Source: Chrysomallon squamiferum (Eukaryota > Animalia > Mollusca). From it: 64,000 nucleotides of DNA. The notes beneath the pieces were generated by a model. It saw only the letters and a program-made list of their open reading frames with translations, was not told the origin of the DNA and ran no database searches. Within the stretch, counting starts at the first letter, position 1. Each line of letters opens with the position of its first letter. This document shows, one piece after another, positions 23,613-37,114 of the stretch. Where the stretch lies: NCBI GenBank assembly GCA_012295275.1, contig CM022665.1, positions 22,816,001 to 22,880,000 of the forward strand, written 5' to 3'. The translations under genes and the position numbers were made by a program.

Positions 23613-26600
23613 ATTCTGTGTATGTGCGTACGTGAGTGTGTGTGAAGTACAGTGTGTATGTATATATTTCTTTTCACTATGCAATAAATGTTCTGTTTTC
23701 GCAAATAAAGACAACTTGACACGTAAGTTAACCTTTGGGAATTGCCATGCACGGTGGCTTCAAAGTTCGCATTTTGAAACATTATCTTGTGTAAATACGT
23801 TCTGCAACATAATTGCCAAGATTACTGTGTTGTTCAAAGGAAACCTCTTGTAGAGGAAAGATTCTAAGCAGGCTAACATTAATATCTCGGATGTCATCTT
23901 GTATTTACAAAGATTGAATTTGTTGTCATTAGAAACGTTCGTCGTTTCTGACGTCTTTGGTAGCAAAGACGACGCACGTGGACAAATATTAAAATCGCAT
24001 ATTCTGACTCTTGTTTCAGAGAATACGACTACGCCATATAAAAAAAAAAAAAAAAAAAAGAATTATATCCACTATATCATATATTTACTGATGTTATAAC
24101 GACATTATGAGCAATATTTTTGCAAGTAGTTCTTAATGCAGTTAACCGTGCCTAAAGCTCATTTACTTAAATTCAGATATTTGAAAGTGTTTTTTTTTTT
24201 TTTTTTTTTTTGTTTGTTTGATTTTTTTTGTGTTTTTTTTTTTACTAATGAAATAAATTTGTACAATAATTATATTTGCTTTCTAAATTTTACAGCCTTT
24301 GATTCTACAACTGAATTAAAAAGCGAAAGACTACAAAATGTACTGCTTACTGATTTATTACAATGTATGTATGTTTGTATGTATATATGTATGTATATGT
24401 GTGAATATGTATGTATTTGTGTGTGTGTGTATGTGTATCGTATATATTATATAACTATGTATATAAGTACATATTTATGTACATTTGTGTGTCTGTCTCT
24501 CTGTCTATATATCTATGTATGACGTTTGTATGTATGTAAGTATATATGTATATGGCATGCTTGCAGCATGTTTGAACTTAATACAGATTTAAAGATAATC
24601 CCTTCACATATATACATGCAGTTAAAAACAGATTTATAAATTCAATTTTGATTCTACAAATAAAGTTATGACAGTTAAGAGAGATTTAGTCCGTTTGTTT
24701 TCTGGTTGTGCTTGGTTTTATTTTTTATTTTCAGGTGTTGTTTTTTCCCTTTTTTCCCCAGCATGTTATTTTGACACAGCTAAGCGTGATGTTTGGCAAA
24801 TAACATTTGATTCTGCTAAATTTATTTTACATCTCTTCTAAAACCACTCAGGACCAACATTTACATATTTGATTTCTTGTGCGTTGTCTGATAAATGGGA
24901 AATTTTCTTCTTCTTGAAGCGACAAACGCCGAGGACGCGTTCTATTCATAAAAGTGCAATGAGAAAATAATACAGTTGGTCGTTGCAAATGAGAGTTAAC
25001 AAGATGCTACATCGTTGTTCATTTGATTTTTACTCCCAACATAAAATTTCTAAATGACTGCGTAGGAAAATTAAATAACGTACATAATGATTTTCCATTT
25101 TTAATAGAAGAAAAGAAAAAATTGGAAGTTCGTTTTAGCGAAAGACATCATCGATTTGTTCATAAACCAGAAGAAGAAATTGTTATAATTAAGGTTGCGA
25201 TCATGTTAACTTTGGTCTAATTTGAACATATATTTTAAACCGTTTTGTAGGTCACCTCAAAAATCACAGCTTGGTCAGAAAGGGTAGTGTAAAAATGATT
25301 TTTTTTTTTAAATTTACACATGAAAGGAATGAAAGAACATTTAATGACACCTCGACAGAAACAACGGCAATTTGGCATCGTTAAACAGATTACTCAGAAA
25401 ACATGGCGCCGCGTCCATAAACCAGAAACGACTTTGAAAACAAACAGGGAGTGCTTTTAAAGTTGCTTTTTTAAAATAATTAAAAGGCGTTTTCATCACT
25501 TTCTTTTACCAAGAAGATAGCTTTTGACATTTGCACTAAAGACATTACAATGATAAAGGCACAGGAATGTGAACTGCAGACAAGCTAACATGTATGGAGA
25601 TATGCGCCGCATTTGTGTTAACGCTAATATGCTCACTTTGAACGTAAACATATTATGTGGGTGAATTTGTACTGTTACTAGTAACATCGTATAGGTTTAT
25701 ATTTGATGGTGTAAAAACAGCATCGTTTCATTGATCTGTCCCTCCATAACATTTTTTCAGAGATAAGTGATGTCAAAGTTATTAAAGTTAAAAAAAAAAA
25801 AAAAAAAAAAAAAAAACAACATAAAAACATTAAAAGTAATAATCATAAAGCTGTTCATAGGTAGTTAAATGTAACTGATCTACCTATGAACACTGTGGAC
25901 TAATGGATCTTAGCATCATCTACCACTGTGACCCAGAATTATTTTCTGTTCAGGGTAGACCACTCTGATTATCAAATTTCATTTGTTCCTTCATACACGT
26001 CGGACTATAACGTAATATTTTTTTATATAACATAATAAATACGTATATTCATTAGTTCTTTAGCATTTATGACATCTCTTTGTATGTTATGTGAATTATT
26101 CAGATTTTATTTTTATAATTACTGTAATACATGCATAGGTATATATATATAAAGTTTTTGAAATTTGTTGTTGTTGTTATTATTATTTATTTATTTTTTT
26201 TATTATTATTTTTTTATTTTTAATATTATTAATTTTTTAATCTTCATGCAAGAACAACTACAAGAAGAAAGAAATTAAATTTCCTGCCAGCTGAAGCATA
26301 ATATTATAAATTTTTTATAGGTTTTTAACCCGCTCGATAATAATAAAAAAAAAAAAAAAAAAAAAAAAATAAAAAATATCGGAAGACTTCATAAAGAGGA
26401 GGTCTTCCATGAGACATTTGTTGAGACATCTATTGTCCCTCCATGTGCAACTGCAGCCGAGCTTTAATTAAGTCTCATTTTTAAGTTTTTAGTCGACATC
26501 AAACAGAGCCATGTTATCGACATTCATCAGTATTTTTAAGCTGAAGCGCCCTGAATGATCATTCTTTAAATATGGCCAAGAACGAAGACAGGGTAATGAT

Positions 26601-27614
26601 GGAAACTGTCCCTTCTTGATTAAGGTCGTCGCATGCAGCCCCCGATGACCATTTTCGGAACTTCGGTAATCAGCGTCTAACACGGGAAACTGACAGCGTA
26701 ATTCGACGTAGGACGGATTTGGCAATCTAAGGTCAACCAATTTGTCACCTTTGATATGTACGCGTTCATGGATTACGTCATGGGGTTAGTTATTTCAATT
26801 TGAAGAAGGAAAATAGATGCTGAAAATATGTTTTATTTGATCTGTATGTTTCTTAGGGTCATGTCATTTCATTTGTAAGTTCGTTCTAATCATAGGGATG
26901 TGTGTAAATTAATAAAAAGTACAAACTGAAAAATGACAATAAAAATAATGTTTTCTTTGATAAGTCTGCTTTAATATTAAATCAAAATCTATAAAAAAAC
27001 TGAAATGAGAAAATGAAATTACAATAAAGATTTTATTACATATAGTTTTCATGGTAAAGCTGACTTATATTAGATATAACAAACACTGTCGATTACGAAG
27101 ACGACAGGCACAACAACAACAACAACAACAACAATAATAATAATAATAATAAGAAGAAGAAGAAGAAGAAGAAGAAGAAAAAGAAGAAGAAAACGTAGAA
27201 AAAAATTCCAAAAATTAATTAAAGACTGTTACTCTAACAAGATAGTATCACTAATGAATTACTGGAAAGACGGTGAATCATCAATTACGTCATTCTGGTT
27301 CAATTTGAAATCTTCTTTGAAAAAAGATGTATGATTCAAGTAGTTTCTTCCATCGACCACGGCGCACCAACGTTCTGTCGGATGATGCATTTGTCAATCA
27401 GTTCCGCTCAGTGTGGGATAGAAACGAATGCGGTGTTTACAGGATACACCCCAGAGACAGGTTTGAGCTGTTTAAACACAAGAGACGTTTGAAGAATTTA
27501 ACTAAACGATACAGTATTCTTTAGAGGTGTGACAAAGTCAAAAGAATGATCACCCTCGATGGAGCCATTGCGTTTTAATTATTTCCTGTTAGCATCAGTT
27601 TTCAATAACATTAT

Positions 27615-27727
<113 letters not shown>

Positions 27728-28536
27728 GATCAATGAGATATACTGAGAAACAGTTACAGAGACACAGTAATGCAAACACATATGTACAGAATGGCAGAAG
27801 CTGCAGAACATTTAGCCGAATTTGCTTTCTTTGCATTCTTCGCTGGTTGTCTGTTATTATTAGCTTTAGAGTTTCAGATTATTTATACGATTAGAATGAC
27901 TGTTTATTTATTAGGAAAATCGTTGTTCTTTCTTTCCGAAAGACTAATTTAACGGGTATTTAATAAGTTACATTCAGATTTAAAGATTTAAACATACATT
28001 TTAAAATTATTTACAATGCTGATCGAAGAAATGTATTTAATAACAATCACTCTCGTTCACTGAAATTGTAAATTGAAATTGAAATTAATTCTTCAACTTT
28101 TTGCAAAATAGAAAAAAGAACGTTTAAAAAATTAGTCATTAAAAGATTGAAAAGGAAATTAACGTCTTCTTCAGGAAGATAACGTCACCAGTTTGTGAAG
28201 TCCAGGGCACCAATATCCTGCAAACATGACGTGAAAGAGCCCATTATCACGTATTTCAGGTCAACTTTAATTTGCTGTGGAGGTCCGTTAGACCGATACA
28301 TTGTACTGAATTTAAAAAAAAAAAATGGAATAGATTTTATGTGAAATCAAAAATCGACCTAACAAGCATTTGGTGAACAACTGGCGCCTAAGATCTTTGT
28401 ACAAATAAAATAATTCAACATGAAAATCAAAGGTCTATGTTGTTATTTCGGATAATCATGTTGACATAAGGCATGTTTGTGCTTTTGGGTTTTTCCTGTT
28501 TTCACAGCTTCGTGGTATATGTATATAAGTAGTTGT

Positions 28537-28552
28537 GATGATGATGATGATG

Positions 28553-28599
<47 letters not shown>

Positions 28600-28786
28600 C
28601 AGATAAGCTATATTTGAAGCATACATGCATGCACAGATCTATGTGTGTGTATGTATGTATGTATGTATGTATGTATGTGTGTATGTATGTGTGTGTATGT
28701 ATGTATCTATATATGTATGTATGTACGTACGTACGTATGTTTCAATATGATCCAGTATGTATACTAAGTATTTATCTATCTATCTA

Positions 28787-28829
<43 letters not shown>

Positions 28830-28850
28830 GTCTATCTATATATCTATTTA
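28537..28850. repeat. Compound (GAT)/(AAT)/(TATG)/(TCTA)/(TCTG) simple repeats
   Basis: Visible simple repeats. Confidence 0.9.
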
Positions 28851-30366
28851 TATATAAAATTAAAAAAAGAAAACGAAGAAGAAGAAATAAAAAATATATA
28901 ATTAAAAACAAATGACAGTATCATATTTCAGTTTAGGAAATATCTGGCAGTAACGTGCAAATCCACTCTATCCAAAACCATCTCGTTTCTCTTCAGTCTT
29001 GTGTGTGTGGGAAAAAAACAGGCTGTCATCCTTGTGTTGTCATTAAAATGAACAAGTTATTGCTTTTTGTTTCGGAATTTCAAATCAACCTCATGATGAT
29101 GTATTATGTTAATCTCATTTCATATTCTCAGATGAGCACCGTTTATCCGGAACATTTAATACCAAAGAAAACAACAGAGACACAATTACATAACTTTGTT
29201 AACACCAGTTAAGAGATGAAATTCAATAACTGTTGTCAAGACAGATGAATTTCCCATGGGCTGGGCAAATAATATGACGGGTTTCATGATATCTGGGGGA
29301 AACTAGGGAAGAATGATGATATCAAATTTGCGTTTCGCCATAAAACAGGGTTTTAAATCCTCGTTTATTAGCTCAATATTTTGGCGAGTTGGCATCGCTC
29401 ATTATAATGCAAATGAGATGGAGATTTAAAACAAATCTTTCACGGATGGAAGATTCGACATGTTGACCTCTGTTTTACGCTGTCATTTTGATGGCCATCG
29501 CATGATATCATCGCGCCGGCGCAATCACTGTGGCCACGTTGTAGCAGCAATAAAATACTGAAATGCCAAGATGCCTCATCAAGTGCGTTGGTGGAAAAGG
29601 TTAAGTGCCAAGATACAAACATGAGAAATATAATTAACTGTATGCATTTCATTAATTAATACCGCAAAACAGTTTTCTCACAAATGCGGTGAAACATTTA
29701 CTGTAATGGATTCTATCGATTTCGTGTATCGTTGAATAGAATAAAATAAAATAAAGTAAAATAAAATAAATAATAATAACAAATAAAATAAATAATTTCA
29801 ATTTTGGACATGTTTAGCTGCATGTTCAGTGTTTAAATTATGTAAAAATTCTAACAGTGTGTTACTATTTTAAGTTTTGGATCCATAACTAATTCGTTCT
29901 TTTGTTTTTTTAAAACATTCCCCGAAAAACTAAATTTGTGTCTTTAAATCCATGGAAATAAAAGAGGGAAAAAAATGGGGATAAAATAAATCCCGTAAGA
30001 ATATTGCTCTGGAATCGCATAGCGTCACATACAAAATACAGCATAAAATGTGGTCCTCTATAAATCAGTACTGATATTTAAAAAACGATAAATACGGTTT
30101 ATGGTGATGAAAACGATTTTTCTTTTACCAACAGAAGAGCGAATGTCCGATAAACGCATTTGGTATTGATGTATAAATATGTATAAAGGTTAGTAAGTGC
30201 CCAAACTGATTTAATCCCGTTATAGAAAGCCGCCCAGACTAAAACGTGCCTCTATTGGAATAAGAAGGATGAAGATGTAGCAGAAAGGTAGTCGAGACTG
30301 CTCTTTTACGTACAGGAACTTTCTATTCTTTCAGTACTTGTTAGAGTTACCGTTCGTGCGGAAATG

Positions 30367-30378
30367 AGCGCCCTCTGG
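30367..30378 (-). promoter_or_regulatory. CTCF-like motif
   Basis: Minus strand CCAGAGGGCGCT matches the 3' core of the CTCF consensus CCACCAGRGGGCGCT; motif match only. Confidence 0.3.
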
Positions 30379-31820
30379 CCTCGAGTGGTCATCTGAATGT
30401 CACTGATGCAGAATGCCAATTTCCTGGATCAAGAGTTCTGAGCCGCGAAACGGCACGCTTCTTTTTGTCTTCCATTGAAAAGCTTTAGACGTCTGTTTCA
30501 AAGGACGTTTTGTGGTCTGTTCATGCAGGAACACGAAGCCGTCGCTTTTACAAAGCAAATTAGCTATATTATGTACTTGGTTCGCGAATAAGCGGTGAAT
30601 TTTTCAGAATTTTGTGACCATCGTGATAATACATTTCCCGTCATATTAAACGCATTTAAAGATGATTGGAGCAGAAGAGGGTAAAAATGTCAAGTGAATA
30701 GATACACAGAGAACTGCCAGGTTAGAGAGGCGAAAATATGATTATTAGAAAATATAGAAGTGGTTCTATTGATTGGAATGTGAATGCAGCTGCCTGTGAT
30801 ATATACTTTGATGAGCCAACTGAAAAATATTAACTAACAGCAGAAAGCAGATAAATTAAAAATATAGTTTTACATGCTTTAACTCTCATTTCTACAGAAT
30901 AATGGTGCCATCATTGTTCATAGTCTTTTGATTAATCTTTTTAGCAGATAAATTCTGTCTAATTTTTGAGAAAGAAGGAGAGAAAGAAAGAAAGAACAAC
31001 CCAAACAAACAAACGTATATCTAATAAAAATGAAGATATATCTACGTCTCTGTGTGTGTGTGTGTGTGTGTCTTCTTGAATGACAGCTCCAAGTAATCCT
31101 ATCAGTTCATTTGCTGTAACTTAAAGGCATTTGTTTTCACTTCCATGGGAAGATACATATTTGAGATTCTAACTGGACAACAATGGCAGCTGTGTTTTCT
31201 TATCTCAGATTACCAGTTTTAAAAATCGCACTTTTAAAATATAATATAACAAATATGTTGAAATACTGGAACACAGATGTAAAGTTACTTTACACTGGTA
31301 CACACTAATCCACGTCCTCACTGAAATAAGATTCTGTCATGCAAATATATGCGCATATATCTGTTTTACAATGGAATGGAACGGAAATTTAATAACGCAC
31401 GTAATGTACTGTAGCTGTAATCTTATCGTGCAAACAGAATATGTGTTGAAAATTCATGCACTGATTTAACCTGACTTGTTTTATCGAATCTCCCCCACCC
31501 CCTAAAAAACCCAACGAAACAAACAAAAGCAACAACCCCCCCCCCAAACCGGAAAATCAGTTCTTCAAAGAAAGAAAGAAAAGCAAAAAAAAGAAAGAAG
31601 AAAAAAAATATCAAATTGTGGAAAGTATCAAAATAAAATAACTTTTCGTCATTGAACATATTTATAAAAAGTAAAAGACAGTAATAAAGGAATTTGTATA
31701 GGATTATGCTATGGCTTTGCAAAAAGTTGAAAGGCAAAACAAGACAGTCATAACAAAATAAGTTTCAAAAATCATTAAAAAAAATAAGTTTAAAAAATCT
31801 ATAATAAAAAAAATAATAAA

Positions 31821-31870
<50 letters not shown>

Positions 31871-34800
31871 TAATAATAATAGATAGATAGATAGATAGAA
31901 TAATAATAATAAAAAACCCCAAAGAAACAACAATAATAAGGAAATGAAAAATACGAATGAAAACAAAGAAAAACAAAATCCCAACAATTTTATTATTATT
32001 ATTTTTTTTTTTTTTGGTGTTCTTTTATGTTTTTTGTTTGAGTGAATTCTCTCTACCTATGGTTTTTTTTAATTTTTTTTTATTTCTTCTCTCAACGTGA
32101 ACAAGTTAAAAAACAGTTCTGTTGCATTCCATTCTGGAATGGGATGATTCGAAATTCGTGCAGCAAGAGCGTTGAAAGATTTTACTCACACCGCGGGGAT
32201 CATTGGAGAAGCGTTGCTAATCAGAGCAATTTGCACGAGTGTTTGGCCAATTACCCGAACGTGACTGGCATTTTGTGAAAGGGATCCCACTGTCTGTGCA
32301 ATTCCCAGAAAGCAACACAATGGATTTTGCATGCGCCTTGCGTAGCAATATGAAACTACGTAACATTAGGATAACAAGTTTGAACTGCGCTTTGTGGGAT
32401 GTTGAGGCATTCCACTGGTTTCGACAGTTTCAAATTTGTGATATCGATTCATAAAGCGTAATTGTCTTGACTTTCTGTGGGGGTATTTTTGAAAGAAAAA
32501 GAAAAGAAGAAAAAAAAGGATCGATGAGCATTTTTAAACAAGAAAATATTGCGAAATAATGTTATAATAATCAATATTCCGAAATTCTTTGGGGATTTTC
32601 TAAATAACTGTGGCAATGCATTTTGTTATAAAAATGTAAAAAATATGTTGCGAAATGTTTTAATTTGCTTACTTTTTAAAATCAGACATTCATTGTATAT
32701 TGTTTCAGGATGGTAACAGAAACGAGCACTTTCTGGAAAGATAAATAAATAAATCTGTTTTTTTTTTTTTTTTCATGGCTTGTATTTTTCTTTCCAAGCG
32801 TTAACATGTTTTTATATACAGGGTTAGTATATGCATATTGTATTTCAAATAGAATACGTTTTTTATTTTTCGTTTTTTTAAAACTAACCATCTAGTTAAG
32901 ATTTGAATCATATGAATCGTACTGATATAATTATTTCAACGATAATAGCTCTTTCACATAGCATGATTAAAAAAAAAAACAAAAAAAACAACGAGAAAAC
33001 CAATTCAAAGTGTATTCCAGCCAGATGCCAGAAGTTGCTTATTTAGCAGAACTATTTTGAAATACAAAGACGAGAATTTGTTAAGTGAAATTGAAAAATG
33101 TGTAATGAAGAAATTATTCAGAAATTGTTAACAGGAATGTGCGACCCTCGCCACACATCCGTTAGCTTTCTGATAAAGACGCCCAAAATATATACGGCAT
33201 TATTACACTAACAATTAAAGAAAGGAAACAGGAAGAGACATTTTGCCTCATGTGTTGCTAACGGTTTAGACTGTTTGATTACACCTAATTGGATTTATCT
33301 TTAGAGTAAGTAAGAATATGTCGTGTCTTGTACTGTCAGTTTGGTTTTCGTGGAAAAGTCTGTCAACGACACTGTGTCTAATTGCAGTCTGGGAATATTA
33401 AAGTAATATTAATTTATCCATGTTCGTGAATGTTGGTGACTATGTGTGTGCACAAATGCTTGTATGAATGTGTGCGTGCATGCGTGTATGTGTTTATGCA
33501 CGTATGCATATAAATGTATCTACATGTGTGATTTTCTATATTTATTGCATTATGATGGGGAGATATATTAACATATAGATAATATTAAACATACAAATAC
33601 CATTTAAAATTATTATAACAGCATAGAAGCTTATCATAAACTGTCCTCCCAACACACATACACATACACACAAAATATCCCCTCAAAATAATAATTGATG
33701 TACTTATAATATATTAATTTTATTCTTATAATTAATCATACCAGTCTTCACTGGCATTTTTGTCTTCTACTTTTAATCATGAGAGAATTGCCACGATTGT
33801 ATGAAAAATTGCACAGGTTTTTTCAAGAGAAGGGAAAAAGGAGAGCAAAAAAAAAAAAAAAATCTTGTTACGTCTTGTCGCTGTGAGATAGACGGCTTAC
33901 AGCTACAAATTACATTTCCTTGACACAAACGGCGAAACAAATCCATTCAGCTAATGGATTTACTGATGTTAGCTGCTCGATGCTGGACATGATATATGTT
34001 AGAAGAATAATCGTTTCATCCAGTAAGTAAAAAAACAATAAATAATAGAAAACATAGGCGGATCTAAGGGATGAGATCATTCCAGCTCGTGCCTAGCTAT
34101 TTTTAGCATGCAATTAGTTCGGGACAGAAAATAAGGTGAAGCCCCCCAAAAAACAAAAAAAAAAAATAACAACAACAACAACCCCATAAAAACATATCAG
34201 AAAGAAAGAAATAAAGTAAGAAAAAAAAAGTTGAGCTCTGCGCAAATCTAGATAGTAGGAAAGGGGACAGCTAAAGTGAATTGCCTGTTTATATTTCCTC
34301 ACAATTTTTAACCCTTTTTTTTTCTTTTTCTTTCTTTCTTTTTTTTTCTTTCTTTGTTTCTTCTTCTTCTTCTTCTTCTTCTTCTTCTTCTTCTTCTTCT
34401 TCTCCTTCTTCTTCTTCTTTTTCTGCTTCTTATTAAAAAATAATTAAATTAAAATAATTTTAATGTAAATGTTATACTCAAAATAACTTTACCCATTCCT
34501 TTTCTTGAAAGTCTTAGCGTACATACAAGCACATACTTTTCTAAAGTCTTTGATCCACACCTGGAAACAAAGAAAGAAAAAGAAAAGAAAAGCAAAAGAA
34601 GGACAAAAAGAAAAAAGAAAACGAAAATCATTAAAAAGAAGTGGTGTAAAATATCGACTGTGAGACAGCTATAGAGAAAGTTTTGCACGCTTTGCTCTCA
34701 GTAATTAATAACAGGAATCAATGATTGTGAACTTCGCACAAGCCGTGTACTGCACCGTATAAAGGTGAGACTTGCAGAATTCCAATACGAAGTTTGATTT

Positions 34801-35365
34801 CAGTTATGCTAATTAGTGGGGTAAATCAGTGAGAAAATAATTGGCAAAAAATAAAAATATAAAAAAATAAAAAACAACACAATAATAATAATTATATATT
34901 ATCGGATAAAAAAAAAGGTAAAAACAACAACAAAATACCAAACAATCAAAAAGGGGGAAATTTTTTATTTATTTTTTTGTAAATAAATCAAGAAAATGGT
35001 TATATATAATAATAATGAAACTTCCACTATAACATCTACTACCAATGATAATAAATAAATAAATAAATAAAAAAATAAATAAAAAAATAAAAACATCTAC
35101 GATATCCTCGAAATTTACATTTAAAGATAACGTACTCACATTATACCAAAGAAAATTCTGTGTGTGTTTGTACAAACTTGTAAGCGGTAGTTGTATTTCT
35201 GGGCAAACAAAGTTAAGCATTCTTGTATGATAGTTGAGATAGCTACAGAGATTCTGTCATAAATGTTCAACTTATAAATGTTTTTAACACAGACAACACA
35301 GAGCGCTAGAGCAGAAAATATTTAACTTTAGTAGCCATGTTATTTTTATACATACATACATTCTT

Positions 35366-35370
<5 letters not shown>

Positions 35371-35436
<66 letters not shown>
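35371..35436. repeat. (CA)n microsatellite
   Basis: Pure CA run. Confidence 0.97.
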
Positions 35437-35437
<1 letters not shown>

Positions 35438-36752
35438 TTACCCACATACACACATGCGCGTGAGGTCGTGACTGGATTTTGTCCTCCTACGCCACTGCGT
35501 TCCCGAATATTGTCTATGTGCAGAGTCTAATCAGACGTACATAAGACAGAGAATATTCAAAATCCTAAAATACATATACACATTCATACACAGACATACA
35601 TACACACATAAACAAAAAAAGTTAAAACAAATTTTGAACTTTTTCATAAATAATTTAACTCAGTTACATAACACGTACGTCGTGATGTTGCAAGATCAAC
35701 CCTCCCTGGTGGACTCGTTGAACTTTGTTTCATTCCAGCTATTCTTGCACCGGTTTCTGGCAGGTTTTGCAGAGATCAGTTTTAGTCTACGATGTGTTTT
35801 TGTTTTATTGAACATATGTTAAAAATAATAACGACAACCCCGACAATGGCAATACCACCAAAAACATCAACAACAGTTACATTTAATAAATGATCAGAAC
35901 AATATGTGTGTTTATTAGTTCAATTTTAGATAATGATTCGTTTACTTTCAGGAGTTTATAATTACTACAATACAGTGAACCTGTCTGAACAATTAATATT
36001 TTAAAGAACTGGTGGTAAAAAAAAAAAAAATAAAAAATAAAAAATAAAAATTAGAAATAAATTAAAAAAAAAAAACAGTAATAATGAAAATAATAATAAT
36101 AATAATAACAATAATAATAAAATAAAAGATATAATAAAATAAAACAAAATAAATAAGTAAATAAATAAGTAAATAAAAAAATAAATACAAAAATAAATAA
36201 ATAAATAAAACCCAAACAAACCAAAAACCTTTTTAAGTTCATTTCGGTACAGTAATTATATGCTGTAAGGAACATAACATTACTGTTACACCTACGAAGA
36301 ATAAACAGTCATATCAAATCAAAATTTTAAGGAACTTTATGAGCACTGATGTGATCAGTACCTTGATCCGGTTTTATACGATAATTCAATTGCTTTAAGT
36401 CACTTATGATCACGCAGTATTTATAAGATTTCTATACTTTGAAGCAGACATGTCTGTATCTAATGTGCTAAAGCACTCAAAGTCATAAAGAAGAACGCAG
36501 ATAGGAAACAGCAACTGTGGTGTCAAACCCATCATATGTGCCAGTGTTAAATAACAAGACGTTTCTACGCGATGTACTCTCTATGGCGCGCATCATAACA
36601 AACACACCTCCTGCTTATTACTTGGCCTTTGTTTTTCAGTGTTGGCATAGATGCCAGTTCTCAAATGGATGCTAGAGTACATGTATGTTACAAGATGGAA
36701 AAGGGCAAGGCACGTCGTGTGAGTCTGTAAATTAAGATGAGAGACGTGAACT

Positions 36753-36757
<5 letters not shown>

Positions 36758-36844
<87 letters not shown>
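36758..36844. repeat. (GA)n microsatellite
   Basis: Pure GA run. Confidence 0.97.
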
Positions 36845-36848
<4 letters not shown>

Positions 36849-37082
36849 TAAGATAGTGAGACCAAGAGAAGAAGATAGCGACAGAACGAGACAAAAGGAA
36901 GGAAAGAAAAACAAAAATATTTTTCAGTAAAGAACTTGCGTCATAGAAGCACAGTGTGATAATATAGGTTTATTATTATTTTGTTCTAGTTCTAAGTATG
37001 ATGTGTAGATTTAAATATATGGATTATTGCCAACACTTGTAATTCAGATTTTTGTTTGAATATGTAAATTTAAATGATAACT

Positions 37083-37114
<32 letters not shown>

